Part shown: positions 39,923-50,174 of the stretch, piece by piece | How the letters are laid out: each line of letters begins with the position of its first letter | Numbering within the stretch: position 1 is the first letter of the stretch | Assembly: GCA_020241865.1 (NCBI GenBank) | Contig: GCA_020241865.1_4709.1 | Source of the DNA: a phage | DNA: 64,000 nucleotides | Strand: one strand, 5' to 3' | Position numbers and translations under genes: made by a program | Notes under the pieces: generated by a model | Told to the model about the DNA's origin: nothing | The model's input: the letters and a program-made list of their open reading frames with translations, nothing else | The model's database searches: none

Positions 39923-40942
39923 TTACACCGCCACCTTAGCCTTGATAGCGGGGTGTGATTGATATCCGACGAACACAAAGTCTTCGTAACGGTAATCCGT
40001 AATACTTTCTGGTTTACGTACGATTGTTAGCTTCGGTAATGGATACGGCTCACGACTAAGTTGTTCTTTAACCTGTTCGAAATGGTTGTGATAGATATGA
40101 CAATCTCCACCTGTCCACACGAACTCACCAACGTCCATATTCAGCTGTTGGGCAAGCATATGTGTTAACAACGAGTATGATGCGACGTTAAAGCTCCAAC
40201 CCAAGAGCGTGTCGCACGAACGTTGATAAAGCTGACAGGATAAAGCACGTGTTGGTACGTTATGCGCATTCAACCAGAGTTCTGTTTCACTGTGTCGTAC
40301 ATCATCCGTAACCCACTGGGTTCTTAGTACGTCATTGCGCTGGACATAATCAACGCGTTCATCGATCGTGAGTTCGTGGGTATAGAACTGATAGAATGAA
40401 TGGCACGGAGCGAGATGCATATCGTCTAAATCACCTACGTTCCACGCGCTAACGATGATTCGTCGAGAATCAGGATCTTCTTTGAGTTGACGCATCATGT
40501 TTGCGATTTGGTCGTGGTGTTTAACATACAAGAGATGTTTGACCATACCGGCGTCAACAACACCGCAATACTCATAGCCGCGTTGCATCAACTCACGAGT
40601 ACGTTCTGTATCATGCGGAACAACCACTTTGTAGTCAATCCATTCTCGCCATTGTCTGCCGTAAATCGGTCCTAGATTCCCTTCCTTATCAGCCCATTCA
40701 TTCCAAATACGAACACCGTTATCTTGAAGATAAGCAACGTTTGTGTCGCCGTTAAGAAACCAGAGCAGTTCGTGGATAACGCTCTTAAGGTGAATCTTCT
40801 TGGTGGTTACCAGCGGAAATCCTTTCTTCAAGTCAAAACGCATCTGACGCCCGAATACCGAACGGGTCCCGGTGCCCGTGCGGTCGGCCTTATCGCGACC
40901 GTTATCCATGATGTCTTGCAAAAGGTCCAAATACTGTTTCAT
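39923..40942 (-). CDS. thyA: thymidylate synthase (ThyA type) with two insertions
   Basis: 339-aa ORF collinear with E. coli ThyA ([27 protein letters not shown], active-site [35 protein letters not shown]); two inserts of roughly 30-40 aa after QWREW and after FYQFY. Confidence 0.92.
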   Translation of the reverse strand: MKQYLDLLQDIMDNGRDKADRTGTGTRSVFGRQMRFDLKKGFPLVTTKKIHLKSVIHELLWFLNGDTNVAYLQDNGVRIWNEWADKEGNLGPIYGRQWREWIDYKVVVPHDTERTRELMQRGYEYCGVVDAGMVKHLLYVKHHDQIANMMRQLKEDPDSRRIIVSAWNVGDLDDMHLAPCHSFYQFYTHELTIDERVDYVQRNDVLRTQWVTDDVRHSETELWLNAHNVPTRALSCQLYQRSCDTLLGWSFNVASYSLLTHMLAQQLNMDVGEFVWTGGDCHIYHNHFEQVKEQLSREPYPLPKLTIVRKPESITDYRYEDFVFVGYQSHPAIKAKVAV

Positions 40943-41151
40943 TTTAATCCTCTAAGTGTTTCGAGTAGTTCCTGAAATTTATAACGATATTTAGGATTGC
41001 TTAACGTGTAACAGCAGCCATGTAACACGTTATACGCGTAATCAACTTGTAAACCACGAACCTTCGGATCCGATGATAGATTCAATGGCACATCATCAAA
41101 AATCCACGCTTCAATGTTCTTCTTAGATTCCTTCGTTAACATCGTTTTCAC
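40939..41151 (-). CDS. hypothetical protein
   Basis: 70-aa ORF overlapping the thyA start by 4 nt. Confidence 0.45.
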   Translation of the reverse strand: MKTMLTKESKKNIEAWIFDDVPLNLSSDPKVRGLQVDYAYNVLHGCCYTLSNPKYRYKFQELLETLRGLK

Positions 41152-41215
41152 CTCGTAGTAAAAATAAATAGAGTTTTTGTCGAGACGCCCTAATTACTTA
41201 CAACGTAGGTTATCC

Positions 41216-42100
41216 TCAATAACGACCGTAGCGTTCCTCGAGCCGTTTTGGTTTTCTCAGAAGGCTATCTTTAAGTGGTACGACGTCGATATCAACACTC
41301 TCTGAGTAATAGCCGTTAGAACTACCATACCAACGGATAACAACACAACCCTTTGCAGTACGGATATGGTAGAATGTCCATTGTGTACGTTCGCTATAAT
41401 AGCCGTAGTCATCGGTTCTTTCCTCGGTTCTTTCTTCAGCACTGAGTATCTTTTCACCGATGATATCATTAATATCGCCGTCAATGTCTTCAAGATACAC
41501 CTCTTCGCAGCAATCCTGCTGATGACAGAATTCGACAACGTTTCCATCACCACGATAGAAAAGAAGGGCGATACCGTTTCGTAATTGCTCGCTCGTTACA
41601 TCAGACACACAATGCAAACTTTTATCGTCGGTAATCACCAAGACGTTGTTGATTACATGTCCGGCAAGCGCTCCGATCTTATTTACCGTGATAATCGGAC
41701 GAACCGGTTCAGATTGAACGATAGGAATACGGACACAACCAATTAAAGCCATCCGTCCTTTCTTTGGTCTAACCGCAAGATACGGTGATTTTCTTGGGTG
41801 GTTATGTAGTCGTATTTCTACTTCGTTGAATTTAATCCCGTATGAACACAGAAAATAATTGAATAGTTTACGGAATTCCTCGGTTGCTTCTTGCAACGTG
41901 ATGTTATTTACTGTGAGTTTATGTCCCCTGAACACCCGGGTTAGATCGATAACATCCAGCGTTTTGAAATATATTTCCGTAAGGGGATGACCTGTGTATT
42001 CCAGGCAAGTAATTGTTCTTTGAACCACGATTTTAGGTTGTGCACCTTTAAAACGTTTCAGGTATTTAACACGATAGCGTGTATGATCTGATGTTAACAT
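41216..42100 (-). CDS. hypothetical protein
   Basis: Track ORF trimmed to ATG 42098..42100 (MLTSDHTRY), which is preceded by GGGAGAGGAG; the longer track start translates hairpin 42174..42196. Confidence 0.5.
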   Translation of the reverse strand: MLTSDHTRYRVKYLKRFKGAQPKIVVQRTITCLEYTGHPLTEIYFKTLDVIDLTRVFRGHKLTVNNITLQEATEEFRKLFNYFLCSYGIKFNEVEIRLHNHPRKSPYLAVRPKKGRMALIGCVRIPIVQSEPVRPIITVNKIGALAGHVINNVLVITDDKSLHCVSDVTSEQLRNGIALLFYRGDGNVVEFCHQQDCCEEVYLEDIDGDINDIIGEKILSAEERTEERTDDYGYYSERTQWTFYHIRTAKGCVVIRWYGSSNGYYSESVDIDVVPLKDSLLRKPKRLEERYGRY

Positions 42101-42173
42101 TTTAATCTCCTCTCCCGACTTCAGAGAATTCTTAAAATCCGTTAGTTTTGATAGATAGGGTAAGACGGCATAA

Positions 42174-42196
42174 AAGCCTCCCATTACGGGAGGCTT
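42174..42196 (-). terminator. hairpin of the recurrent family (AAGCCTCCC/GGGAGGCTT, loop attac) followed on the minus strand by TTATGCC
   Basis: 9-bp perfect stem; lies between the stop of 42208..42756 and the start of 41216..42100. Confidence 0.55.
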
Positions 42197-42207
42197 CATT
42201 AATCAGC

Positions 42208-42756
42208 TTATTTCACAAGAACAGCGAATTCGAGAACATGAATAGCTTCATCGTCCATCGGATTTGTCGCGGTATAACCAACGAAGCAATAGCCCATATC
42301 CACGATAAACTCGCTAAGTTTATCGATGACTGATACCCCGATACGATCGTCAACAGACAGACGACATTTACGGGTTATGTTTTGCCCGCGAGGAACGCCA
42401 GCTAACACGGATAGGAAATGTACGATCCGGTTATTGGTTGCGAACTGCATGTAATCATCGTAGTACTTAAGGTCTTTCATCGCAGACTCTACCGTCATAC
42501 GACGACCAGGTGACACATACTCAGAATAAGAATAAGCTGCGATCGTACGACGATCTTCAGTAAGGTAAGTATTCCCTTCGGGATGATAACTCTCGACTGT
42601 TCCGTCTTCATGGGTGACGGTCACAACAGGTGCGCCGTACTCGTCGCGACCGAATTCAATCTTACATTTATCCGAAAGCGGTAGAATCGTACAAGGCTTT
42701 GCGTTGTTCTCATCAGGGAGATTGTAACCGCTCATCATTTTCAAAAAGATAGACAT
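42208..42756 (-). CDS. hypothetical protein, paralog of 42843..43376
   Basis: 182-aa ORF; N-terminus MSIFLKMMSGYNLPDENNAKPCT ... IEFGRDEYGAPV parallels MSVIVKVMGNCDTSDRNNAKPFT ... IEFNRDSMGRPT of the neighbour. Confidence 0.5.
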   Translation of the reverse strand: MSIFLKMMSGYNLPDENNAKPCTILPLSDKCKIEFGRDEYGAPVVTVTHEDGTVESYHPEGNTYLTEDRRTIAAYSYSEYVSPGRRMTVESAMKDLKYYDDYMQFATNNRIVHFLSVLAGVPRGQNITRKCRLSVDDRIGVSVIDKLSEFIVDMGYCFVGYTATNPMDDEAIHVLEFAVLVK

Positions 42757-42842
42757 AATAGAACCTCATGATAATAGATAATAGAAATGATAGATAGTAC
42801 AACAAATTGAGGGGGTATTATCCCACCCCCTCGTAGGGATTA

Positions 42843-43376
42843 CTACTTAACGACCGCGATGATTTTGCCGCTCGCACCGGCGTAATATGCCGTTAATTCA
42901 CCAGTAAACAACTCTTGTAAAAGACGATTTACATGACTAACAAAGTTAGGATTGTCTGATTTTACAAACTCGATATTGCGCGTTTGTTTTATATCACGAT
43001 CGATTAAACGTATTTCCAACAACGCACAAATAAGGCGATCGTCGAGTTTACCACTCGTATCCAACACTTCCCCATACGTCGTAGCACGGACGTCCGCATA
43101 CATACGGTCAACATCATCCTTCCCAAAACCACAGGAATAGGCGTACGTTGCGATGGTATTACCGTTGTCCATCACGTAAACGTTACCGCCCGGGTAATCG
43201 ATAAATCGTTGATCCTTATCGCCATGAGCGACGAACTCCAGTGTCGGTCTACCCATCGAATCACGGTTGAATTCAATTGTGGTCAAACGGTCAGGCACCA
43301 CATGCAACGTAAACGGTTTCGCGTTGTTACGATCGCTAGTATCGCAGTTACCCATTACTTTTACGATAACACTCAT
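42843..43376 (-). CDS. hypothetical protein, paralog of 42208..42756
   Basis: 177-aa ORF; see the paralog. Confidence 0.5.
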   Translation of the reverse strand: MSVIVKVMGNCDTSDRNNAKPFTLHVVPDRLTTIEFNRDSMGRPTLEFVAHGDKDQRFIDYPGGNVYVMDNGNTIATYAYSCGFGKDDVDRMYADVRATTYGEVLDTSGKLDDRLICALLEIRLIDRDIKQTRNIEFVKSDNPNFVSHVNRLLQELFTGELTAYYAGASGKIIAVVK

Positions 43377-43453
43377 GTTTTATTCCTTAGTAGTCCTAGT
43401 AGTAGTAGTATTGAGGAATTTCACCTCATTAGATAGTCTATTTTGGTAATGTT

Positions 43454-43753
43454 TTACTGAAACAAGACATTAAATTCGACAAGATACCCATCGGATCTAT
43501 CACCACGATATCTGTTGCAGAAAACACCGAATTTCATCAAGAACGCACATAACTCTTCGGCTTTGTATAACGGAATACGATTTTCGTCGAGCAGAGGGCA
43601 ACTATGGCTAACCCGCTCCGACGAATCAACGCAACACAAATAAAGAAGGAACCGAACAATAGCTCGGTTCTTAGTGAAGCTCTCGAATTCACCCGCAGTT
43701 CTGAACTCATCGAGGAGCTTTGTCGTTTTCTTCAATCGTTCACGATCGAGCAT
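43454..43753 (-). CDS. hypothetical protein
   Basis: 99-aa ORF, Cys-rich. Confidence 0.45.
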   Translation of the reverse strand: MLDRERLKKTTKLLDEFRTAGEFESFTKNRAIVRFLLYLCCVDSSERVSHSCPLLDENRIPLYKAEELCAFLMKFGVFCNRYRGDRSDGYLVEFNVLFQ

Positions 43754-43775
43754 GTTAACCTCAATACGAACATAA

Positions 43776-43807
43776 CCCTCCTCCTTCCCTGTTGGGTTGG
43801 AGGAGGG
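43776..43807. terminator. hairpin of the recurrent family (CCCTCCTCC/GGAGGAGGG, 14-nt loop); covarying copy of the hairpin at 149..180
   Basis: 9-bp stem; loop ttccctgttgggtt; flanks ACATAA ... ATATGCTGTTAT are conserved with site 149 while the stem differs by compensatory changes. Confidence 0.6.
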
Positions 43808-43816
43808 AATATGCTG

Positions 43817-44131
43817 TTATTCTGTTTTCGGTGTTGAACCGTTCTTCTTGAAGTCGGATTCGTATTTCACGTTAGAATCGAGAACCTCACGAACGGTTTT
43901 ATCCGTACAACCACGAGCGATGTATGCATTAAGATCATCACGTAATTTACGCATCGTTGTTTTATCCGCATCAGAAACATCTGACTTGGTAAGACGGAAT
44001 GCGATTGCATCGCGAATTTTATTCAACGTTGCTGGGTTATTACGCTGTTCTGCAAATACCGCTTTGATGAACTTATCGCTATCTTTCGAAGCAATAGCAG
44101 CATCAAGAATCTCAATATGCTTTTCAGACAT
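43817..44131 (-). CDS. hypothetical protein
   Basis: 104-aa ORF. Confidence 0.45.
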   Translation of the reverse strand: MSEKHIEILDAAIASKDSDKFIKAVFAEQRNNPATLNKIRDAIAFRLTKSDVSDADKTTMRKLRDDLNAYIARGCTDKTVREVLDSNVKYESDFKKNGSTPKTE

Positions 44132-44182
44132 CTTCTTTCCTTTAATAAACGATCATCGTCATATTCATTGCGCGTGACGTCG

Positions 44183-45436
44183 TCACTTCAGAAGCTTAGA
44201 CGCCGCCATGCTTCGCGCCTTCGCAACGTCATACGCATCCATGATTGCGTCACCGATAGCGGTATGACGGATCAACGGAATACCCATATCTGGATACTCT
44301 TTGGTACCTAAGATGGATACCGGTTTGTCTTGATATGCGGCAATCATCGAACGGATATCCTGAACCTGGTTATAACGACAAACTGGCTTAAAGCCTGCTT
44401 TACGGAACCAATGCTCTAATTGAGGCCAATCTGTTTCACCGCGAGCAAGATAATAGAAGGCATCCTTACCGTAATATTCGGTCATTTCATCACGGATATT
44501 GTTAACAAACGCATTCACTGTGGTAATGGCTTCTTTATAGTCCATCACTCCGTCATGCTGAAAACAATAGTCGCGCGCTTCCTTCGGTGCTTTGGTTTGC
44601 CACCATTCTACCGTGGACTTACTAATATCACCACCATCAGCGATTTGACCATAAACGTCAGGGAAGATATCTATACGTGGGCCGTTAATAACAGATTCTG
44701 GATTAGCTAGATCAAAGAACAAGATGCCGATTTCCAGCAGTACCCCGTTCTTTTCCAGACTGAGATTCTCCACATCCAGGCAAAACGCAGGTTTCTCTAC
44801 CGCTGAAAAATCAAAATATCCTTCGAAACGTGGCGTTGGTTCAGCAGCGAGAAACGTCTCATGGACGAACTGAGAGAATGTCTTATTCTCTGCTACTAAG
44901 TCAATGCCCAATTTACTTAGCAGTGGTATAAGCGCACGGTCGTTCTGCTCGATTATCACCAACTCTTGGTTTTTGATATAACGACCAATTGAGTAAAAAA
45001 GATGAACGATATCTAACGGTTTATACGGAGCCCCAAATGTTGTTCCCTGGAACGACTGAGCTAGCGCCTTATGCGTTTCTTCGCGATGATTCATCAGTTG
45101 GATAATAGCGCAGCGCAGATAATACCGTAATGTTATCTCGTGAAGATGCGACGTATCTTCCTGAAATAACGTCATGAAACCGTGATACGTATAATACTCT
45201 CCTCTTTTAATTTCTTCGAGGAGTTCTTTGTCCCCATTTATTTCCTCTGGTGTTATCGGTTCGATTTGATCGTGGATAATGTTGAGCAGGTCACTGCCGT
45301 GTACCTTAAACAGTTTTTCAACGTCAAGATTAGGTAAAGTCGCAATCGCCGCGTACATTAATGTTTCTGCGGGATTAAGTTCTTTATTGTCAATTGTGAT
45401 GGTTAAAGCCATTTTGTTATACCTCATCGAAATCAA
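44183..45436 (-). CDS. putative DEDDh-type 3'-5' exonuclease with N-terminal extension
   Basis: 417-aa ORF; Exo I-like motif FCLDVENLSLE (D-x-E) and Exo III-like motif HTAIGDAIMDAYD (H-x4-D) in the C-terminal half. Confidence 0.5.
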   Translation of the reverse strand: MISMRYNKMALTITIDNKELNPAETLMYAAIATLPNLDVEKLFKVHGSDLLNIIHDQIEPITPEEINGDKELLEEIKRGEYYTYHGFMTLFQEDTSHLHEITLRYYLRCAIIQLMNHREETHKALAQSFQGTTFGAPYKPLDIVHLFYSIGRYIKNQELVIIEQNDRALIPLLSKLGIDLVAENKTFSQFVHETFLAAEPTPRFEGYFDFSAVEKPAFCLDVENLSLEKNGVLLEIGILFFDLANPESVINGPRIDIFPDVYGQIADGGDISKSTVEWWQTKAPKEARDYCFQHDGVMDYKEAITTVNAFVNNIRDEMTEYYGKDAFYYLARGETDWPQLEHWFRKAGFKPVCRYNQVQDIRSMIAAYQDKPVSILGTKEYPDMGIPLIRHTAIGDAIMDAYDVAKARSMAASKLLK

Positions 45437-45437
45437 A

Positions 45438-45779
45438 TTAGTTCAGTTCTGGTTTATTAGCAGCCAAACCAAGTCCAGCTAATATCACGTAGTCGTACCA
45501 AGCTTTTACTTTTGCTTTCGCCTCATCTAAACTATCTGCGTTGATGTGCGAAAACTCATCGTTGACTGGGAAAGGTAAATCGCAGTCGTAGCTTGTATAG
45601 TCTTTCCAACCTTTCCATTCGATAGTTAGAGAACCAAAAACGGTCTCAGCAACAACGTGGTTATAGCGACATTCTTCACATGGCGAGCGCTCTTCCGACC
45701 AAACAAGCTCATGCTGCGCTAAAAGTTGTTGTACGACCGATAACGGTTGCTCTTCATTAAGTTCGATGCTGTCTATCAT
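45438..45779 (-). CDS. hypothetical protein
   Basis: 113-aa ORF. Confidence 0.4.
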   Translation of the reverse strand: MIDSIELNEEQPLSVVQQLLAQHELVWSEERSPCEECRYNHVVAETVFGSLTIEWKGWKDYTSYDCDLPFPVNDEFSHINADSLDEAKAKVKAWYDYVILAGLGLAANKPELN

Positions 45780-46372
45780 CGTATACCCTCCTTTTCCTTA
45801 TCGTAATCGCTGCAAATATTGACAAACGCAGTATTATCAGACAGCGTGGCGACCATCTGACGGATTGCGGCCAACGGTTCAAGTTTAGGATTGATTGATT
45901 CACCGGTCAACGCGCTTATTGCTCGTGTGATCTCAACCAAATCAACGTTCGGGTCGTTATCATCGATGATGAGCAGACTCTTCGCTGGTTTCTGACGACG
46001 TTTGATGATCAACAAATACGTGATGAGGTTCTCACGCCAAGCATCAGAATCCAGATTGCGTATCAGGGTTAACGCGCGACGTTCTTCCGCCCACGATGGT
46101 TTCTCACGGATAACAGGCATGTAAGATAATTGCTCAGCAAGCCCTTTCAAGCTAACACGGTTGGTGCCGCCAGGATGCTCGCTAATCCGCAACATCTCGG
46201 TTAACAAACGGACATAGGCGGCTGTTGTCGAAACACCCCGCAACGGCAGGAACACATTATGTCCTGGAACCCCATCATGACTCAGTGGTGCGATATATGC
46301 CATGAATCGCCGAATATCATCGTCGGTCTGTTCTCCAGCAACGAACTTAAACGCTTCCCGTAGAACGCTCAC
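45776..46372 (-). CDS. hypothetical protein
   Basis: 198-aa ORF. Confidence 0.45.
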   Translation of the reverse strand: MSVLREAFKFVAGEQTDDDIRRFMAYIAPLSHDGVPGHNVFLPLRGVSTTAAYVRLLTEMLRISEHPGGTNRVSLKGLAEQLSYMPVIREKPSWAEERRALTLIRNLDSDAWRENLITYLLIIKRRQKPAKSLLIIDDNDPNVDLVEITRAISALTGESINPKLEPLAAIRQMVATLSDNTAFVNICSDYDKEKEGIR

Positions 46373-46658
46373 TATGAAGTCTCCTTAATGTTTCTTGTAT
46401 ACGCAGTCTCTCCGGCAGGTACAGACGTTTGTATAGATCAACTAACAGATAACGCATAACGGAAGCAACCACCAGGTATTCGCCTTCGGCTTCCGAGTAG
46501 CGTATCATGTTAATCGGGTAGTTCAAATAAGAATAAGAAAAGAGATCATCGTTGGTGAGGCGATGATCTTCAAGATACTGACGAAACAATTTTGCTAAGG
46601 CATCGTACTCCATTCCGTAATAACACAACGACACCTGTCTTGCAGATAATCGTTTCAT
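46347..46658 (-). CDS. hypothetical protein
   Basis: 103-aa ORF. Confidence 0.4.
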   Translation of the reverse strand: MKRLSARQVSLCYYGMEYDALAKLFRQYLEDHRLTNDDLFSYSYLNYPINMIRYSEAEGEYLVVASVMRYLLVDLYKRLYLPERLRIQETLRRLHSERSTGSV

Positions 46659-47497
46659 GCTGGGTTACCTTTTAGTTTTTCGCGTATCGCATCGACAACG
46701 CCTGAAGGGTTAGTAATAATAGCAGCGATAAGGTAATCAATAGGCAAGTCAAGAATGATTTTCTTCAGCTGGAAAGTCGTATCTTTACGACGTACGCCGT
46801 AGAACACACCATCTTTAAACACAACTTCGTACGAAATTGATAGCTGACTGATAATAGTGTTAGCGTAATCGCCCAACCACATCGACCCCGCCATCAGATG
46901 CGCACAAATCGCATGACTGATGCGCACATCTTTGTTCTTCTGGCTAACATCTTTTATTTTCGACATGTTGACCAGAAGCTCGCCGATCTTACTCAACATA
47001 TCGTCATATACCCCAAAGAACTTAATCAGTTGCCGGACACCTAACACCATATACGTTTCTCGTGGTAAGACACAACACACCTGCGGTAGAGTTCCAACCC
47101 CATAGACACAACTGTGTGGTGACAATGGGAGCAATTCAGCAACCGCGTTTTTGATGTTGTTATACTCAACGATATCATTGAACGGTGAAAGGCCTTTCGT
47201 AATCGGTTTATCAAGCGTTACATCAAACTCTGCGAATGTCCATGCTGCTTTACGGGGTTCCCCCTTCTGGTACGGTGGAGCCAATACCGCAACAACGCGA
47301 AGCCGATATTCATGGGTATCACGTAACTTAAGTTGGACCCCATCATCGTCTCCTTCACGCACCAGTATGTAGCGGCTTGCGCAGTCATCACATACCACCG
47401 TTGGTTCGTGTTGACCGTATGCTGCAAGCATCGGTTTACTAAGATCTTTATCACAGTGTTTACAGCGATGATCCTGTTCCTGATAACTAATTTTCAC
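46655..47497 (-). CDS. hypothetical protein with N-terminal zinc-ribbon-like Cys pairs
   Basis: 280-aa ORF; CKHCDK ... CDDCAS. Confidence 0.45.
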   Translation of the reverse strand: MKISYQEQDHRCKHCDKDLSKPMLAAYGQHEPTVVCDDCASRYILVREGDDDGVQLKLRDTHEYRLRVVAVLAPPYQKGEPRKAAWTFAEFDVTLDKPITKGLSPFNDIVEYNNIKNAVAELLPLSPHSCVYGVGTLPQVCCVLPRETYMVLGVRQLIKFFGVYDDMLSKIGELLVNMSKIKDVSQKNKDVRISHAICAHLMAGSMWLGDYANTIISQLSISYEVVFKDGVFYGVRRKDTTFQLKKIILDLPIDYLIAAIITNPSGVVDAIREKLKGNPA

Positions 47498-47512
47498 ACC
47501 GAGACCCCTTTG

Positions 47513-48469
47513 TTAATGCAAGACACGATCTGCTGGAATTATCGAGGCATTGCTGTCGGACAGATTCGTCGCTTTACGATCAGGACTGAATCGACGAGCG
47601 TTCTCTTCATGGTGGTTGACGGGGTTATCCTGTTTTAACAGTTCCATTGCCTCATCAAACGTTAGTTCCCGAAATCCTCTTGGATAGAGGAACAGGGGTT
47701 CATCAACATCCAACCCTTTAACAAACCCGTGCGACAACCAGACGCTACCATCAGCACTGTAAAGAACCGGCTCAACGTCGTAATCCAAGACGTATTGATA
47801 CCAATAATTAAACAGTTGAGCAATCCACCGATTACGTAATAAGTAATCGATCATAACCGCACTACGCACGCTATGACACCAGCCGATCTTACCATCAACT
47901 TTCTGCAGCAACGTACCCTCATTTGCTTGATGAATAACCGCATTAAATAACCACGCAAGATCGGTTGCGAAAAGTGCGGCTTCTTGAATATCGCTAATGT
48001 AACGCATGGGTATCGTCAGATGCGTGCGGTAATGCGACATTGCCTCTTCGTAGTTGTCTCCTTCGATGCAGAGAGTCCCGTTTGGTGACAGATGTCCCTG
48101 ATTCAACGACTGGCCAATATAAAGATCAGCGATCGCGTTAATATGTTCGACGGTACCCAAGGTTAACTCAGACATAAAACAATCGACATCAACAGCCATC
48201 GATGTGCTGGAAACAAACGGATTGGTTGGGCGAGTTGTATTAGAGAAAATAATCGACCAAATCGCTTCGTGTTTTTCATCCGATGGCATAAACGAAATAT
48301 GGCGTTCTGCGCTATTATCGACAACAAATACCTTAACGGTTTTCAAACAGCTAGTACAAACATAGCACGTGTTCGGCAACGGCATATCCGAAAACATATC
48401 GTAACGAATCGATGCCAGCGAAATGTCATGTCCGCAATGAGGGCATGTCGTATCAATAAGCGTTTTCAT
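47513..48469 (-). CDS. hypothetical protein with N-terminal zinc-ribbon-like Cys pairs
   Basis: 318-aa ORF; CPHCGH ... CYVCTSC. Confidence 0.45.
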   Translation of the reverse strand: MKTLIDTTCPHCGHDISLASIRYDMFSDMPLPNTCYVCTSCLKTVKVFVVDNSAERHISFMPSDEKHEAIWSIIFSNTTRPTNPFVSSTSMAVDVDCFMSELTLGTVEHINAIADLYIGQSLNQGHLSPNGTLCIEGDNYEEAMSHYRTHLTIPMRYISDIQEAALFATDLAWLFNAVIHQANEGTLLQKVDGKIGWCHSVRSAVMIDYLLRNRWIAQLFNYWYQYVLDYDVEPVLYSADGSVWLSHGFVKGLDVDEPLFLYPRGFRELTFDEAMELLKQDNPVNHHEENARRFSPDRKATNLSDSNASIIPADRVLH

Positions 48470-48732
48470 TATTGAATTCCTTTTGATAAGAATAACTGAA
48501 TATCGGTAAACTGTTCTTCGGGAACATCGTCAGCAGCCGTTAGAACCTTAGAGCCATGTTCATTGAGGTAAGCTTCCCGTAGACAACGATGACGTCGATT
48601 GGCTTCCTGGAACTCAGTGTCCGTCATGTAAACCAGCGTAAACTTCGAACGTTTATTCGGATTGTATCTCTTATTACGTTTCTTTGGTTTCTTCGCCATA
48701 ATAGCCTCGTGAAGGTGGATGGATACACCCAT
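48469..48732 (-). CDS. hypothetical basic protein
   Basis: 87-aa ORF; the real start may be the internal MAKKPKKRNKR. Confidence 0.4.
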   Translation of the reverse strand: MGVSIHLHEAIMAKKPKKRNKRYNPNKRSKFTLVYMTDTEFQEANRRHRCLREAYLNEHGSKVLTAADDVPEEQFTDIQLFLSKGIQ

Positions 48733-48747
48733 CCACCTTCCTCCATG

Positions 48748-49269
48748 TTAAAGTGCGTTCAATTCTTCAGGTGTACGTACGGTACGCGTGTTGGGATCAA
48801 CCATTGCTGGCACGCCCGCTGGACATTTACGGACATCGATCCGCATCTCCGGCTCGATCGGACGAACGCGATACGTTTTGCCGTCATCGGTTAACACCGA
48901 AATGGTCAACGCTTGATTCAACTCACTAACGAAGTTCACCAAACGCTGTTGTCCGCCCTTCGACCAGAAGTTAAGATCGGTTTCTCCATTGAAATAACTG
49001 ATTCCATCAGCGGTTCCAATCGTGATTTTAACGATACCCGGATAGTCACGAAGAAGAGGTGCCTGATAACCTTCATCTTCCGTATCCAGTTTTACCCACG
49101 CGCCTCCCGTAGACAAGCAGTTAACTTCCAGGGCGGTTGGTGCACTGACTTCTGCTGATGACCAGGTATACATCGTGCCTAGTTTAGCGTGTCCGGTTTC
49201 CAGTTCGCTATAATCCCAAGCATGTGCTGATGCCGTAATAAAGAAAGCCGCAAGAAATAACTTTTTCAT
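48748..49269 (-). CDS. secreted protein
   Basis: 173-aa ORF; signal peptide MKKLFLAAFFITASAHA. Confidence 0.5.
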   Translation of the reverse strand: MKKLFLAAFFITASAHAWDYSELETGHAKLGTMYTWSSAEVSAPTALEVNCLSTGGAWVKLDTEDEGYQAPLLRDYPGIVKITIGTADGISYFNGETDLNFWSKGGQQRLVNFVSELNQALTISVLTDDGKTYRVRPIEPEMRIDVRKCPAGVPAMVDPNTRTVRTPEELNAL

Positions 49270-49323
49270 TCTTTCGATTCCTATTAAAAGTGACCGATTT
49301 CTGTGGTCGAGATTGCTAATAAA

Positions 49324-49785
49324 TTAATTCCGGTTTTGTTTCCGTATTGCACGGTTACGTTTACGTTCTTGGTCTTTGACTGCACCAAGAAACTTCTTTA
49401 ATTCTGATGGTTCGAGTGTACCCTCACGTACCACACCGTTTTGTTCGATATGGTACGACCAATAACCAACTTCAGCCGTTAAGGATAACGTTGTCGGTTG
49501 CTCATCAGGTAACGATCGGGGTGAAAAAATAAAGAGTAATTCAAAAGGCGTTTCTCGGCTGATGGTGGGACGGATACTCACATCGAGTCCCTCCCATCGC
49601 TGAGGTTTAAATATTCCTCCGGCGGCGATGATTGTCTCCGAGCGCTGGTCTACAAGCTCAGCTAATTCACGATCATCATTGAAATAAATATCGTGAAGGA
49701 TATCCGTATCGATAAAAAACCCGCGATCCGAATCGTGACGAACAATGGAATTCTTCATTCTAACGCCTTTATTGTTTGTTTTCAT
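49324..49785 (-). CDS. hypothetical protein
   Basis: 153-aa ORF. Confidence 0.45.
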   Translation of the reverse strand: MKTNNKGVRMKNSIVRHDSDRGFFIDTDILHDIYFNDDRELAELVDQRSETIIAAGGIFKPQRWEGLDVSIRPTISRETPFELLFIFSPRSLPDEQPTTLSLTAEVGYWSYHIEQNGVVREGTLEPSELKKFLGAVKDQERKRNRAIRKQNRN

Positions 49786-49832
49786 GTCCTATACGAACAT
49801 GAAAAACCGTTAATTTTTACCGTAGTCGCGTG

Positions 49833-50108
49833 TTAAAAATCCACCCCGCGACCCGTCATCGACGAAGGAAGCGCGCGATAATAGAAGTAGATGTAATGGT
49901 CGCGATGGCTAAAACAGTTTTTGCAAGCATAGAACTCTCCAGATCCAATGAATGATTTAATACGTGTAACTTGAGGGTGTCGTGCGAGTAACGCCCGTAG
50001 GACGATTTCCATTTGGTGTGCGCTCAAACCGGGTCGAGCTGCGACATGATAATGAAGCTCCGTAAGAAATCGTTTCCAGGGATCAGTTTGTGTCGATGAT
50101 CGAGACAT
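49833..50108 (-). CDS. hypothetical protein
   Basis: 91-aa ORF; preceded by a 10-codon mini-ORF that starts at the TTTATGCTG tail of hairpin 50147..50164. Confidence 0.45.
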   Translation of the reverse strand: MSRSSTQTDPWKRFLTELHYHVAARPGLSAHQMEIVLRALLARHPQVTRIKSFIGSGEFYACKNCFSHRDHYIYFYYRALPSSMTGRGVDF

Positions 50109-50146
50109 CTTTATCTCCTTAACAGGTGCTGGTAACGCAGCATAAA

Positions 50147-50164
50147 CCCTCCCCGAAGGGAGGG
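50147..50164 (-). terminator. hairpin of the recurrent family (CCCTCCC/GGGAGGG, loop cgaa) followed on the minus strand by TTTATGCTG
   Basis: 7-bp stem; 11 nt downstream of the stop of 50175..50732. Confidence 0.55.
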
Positions 50165-50174
50165 CGATTAACGA

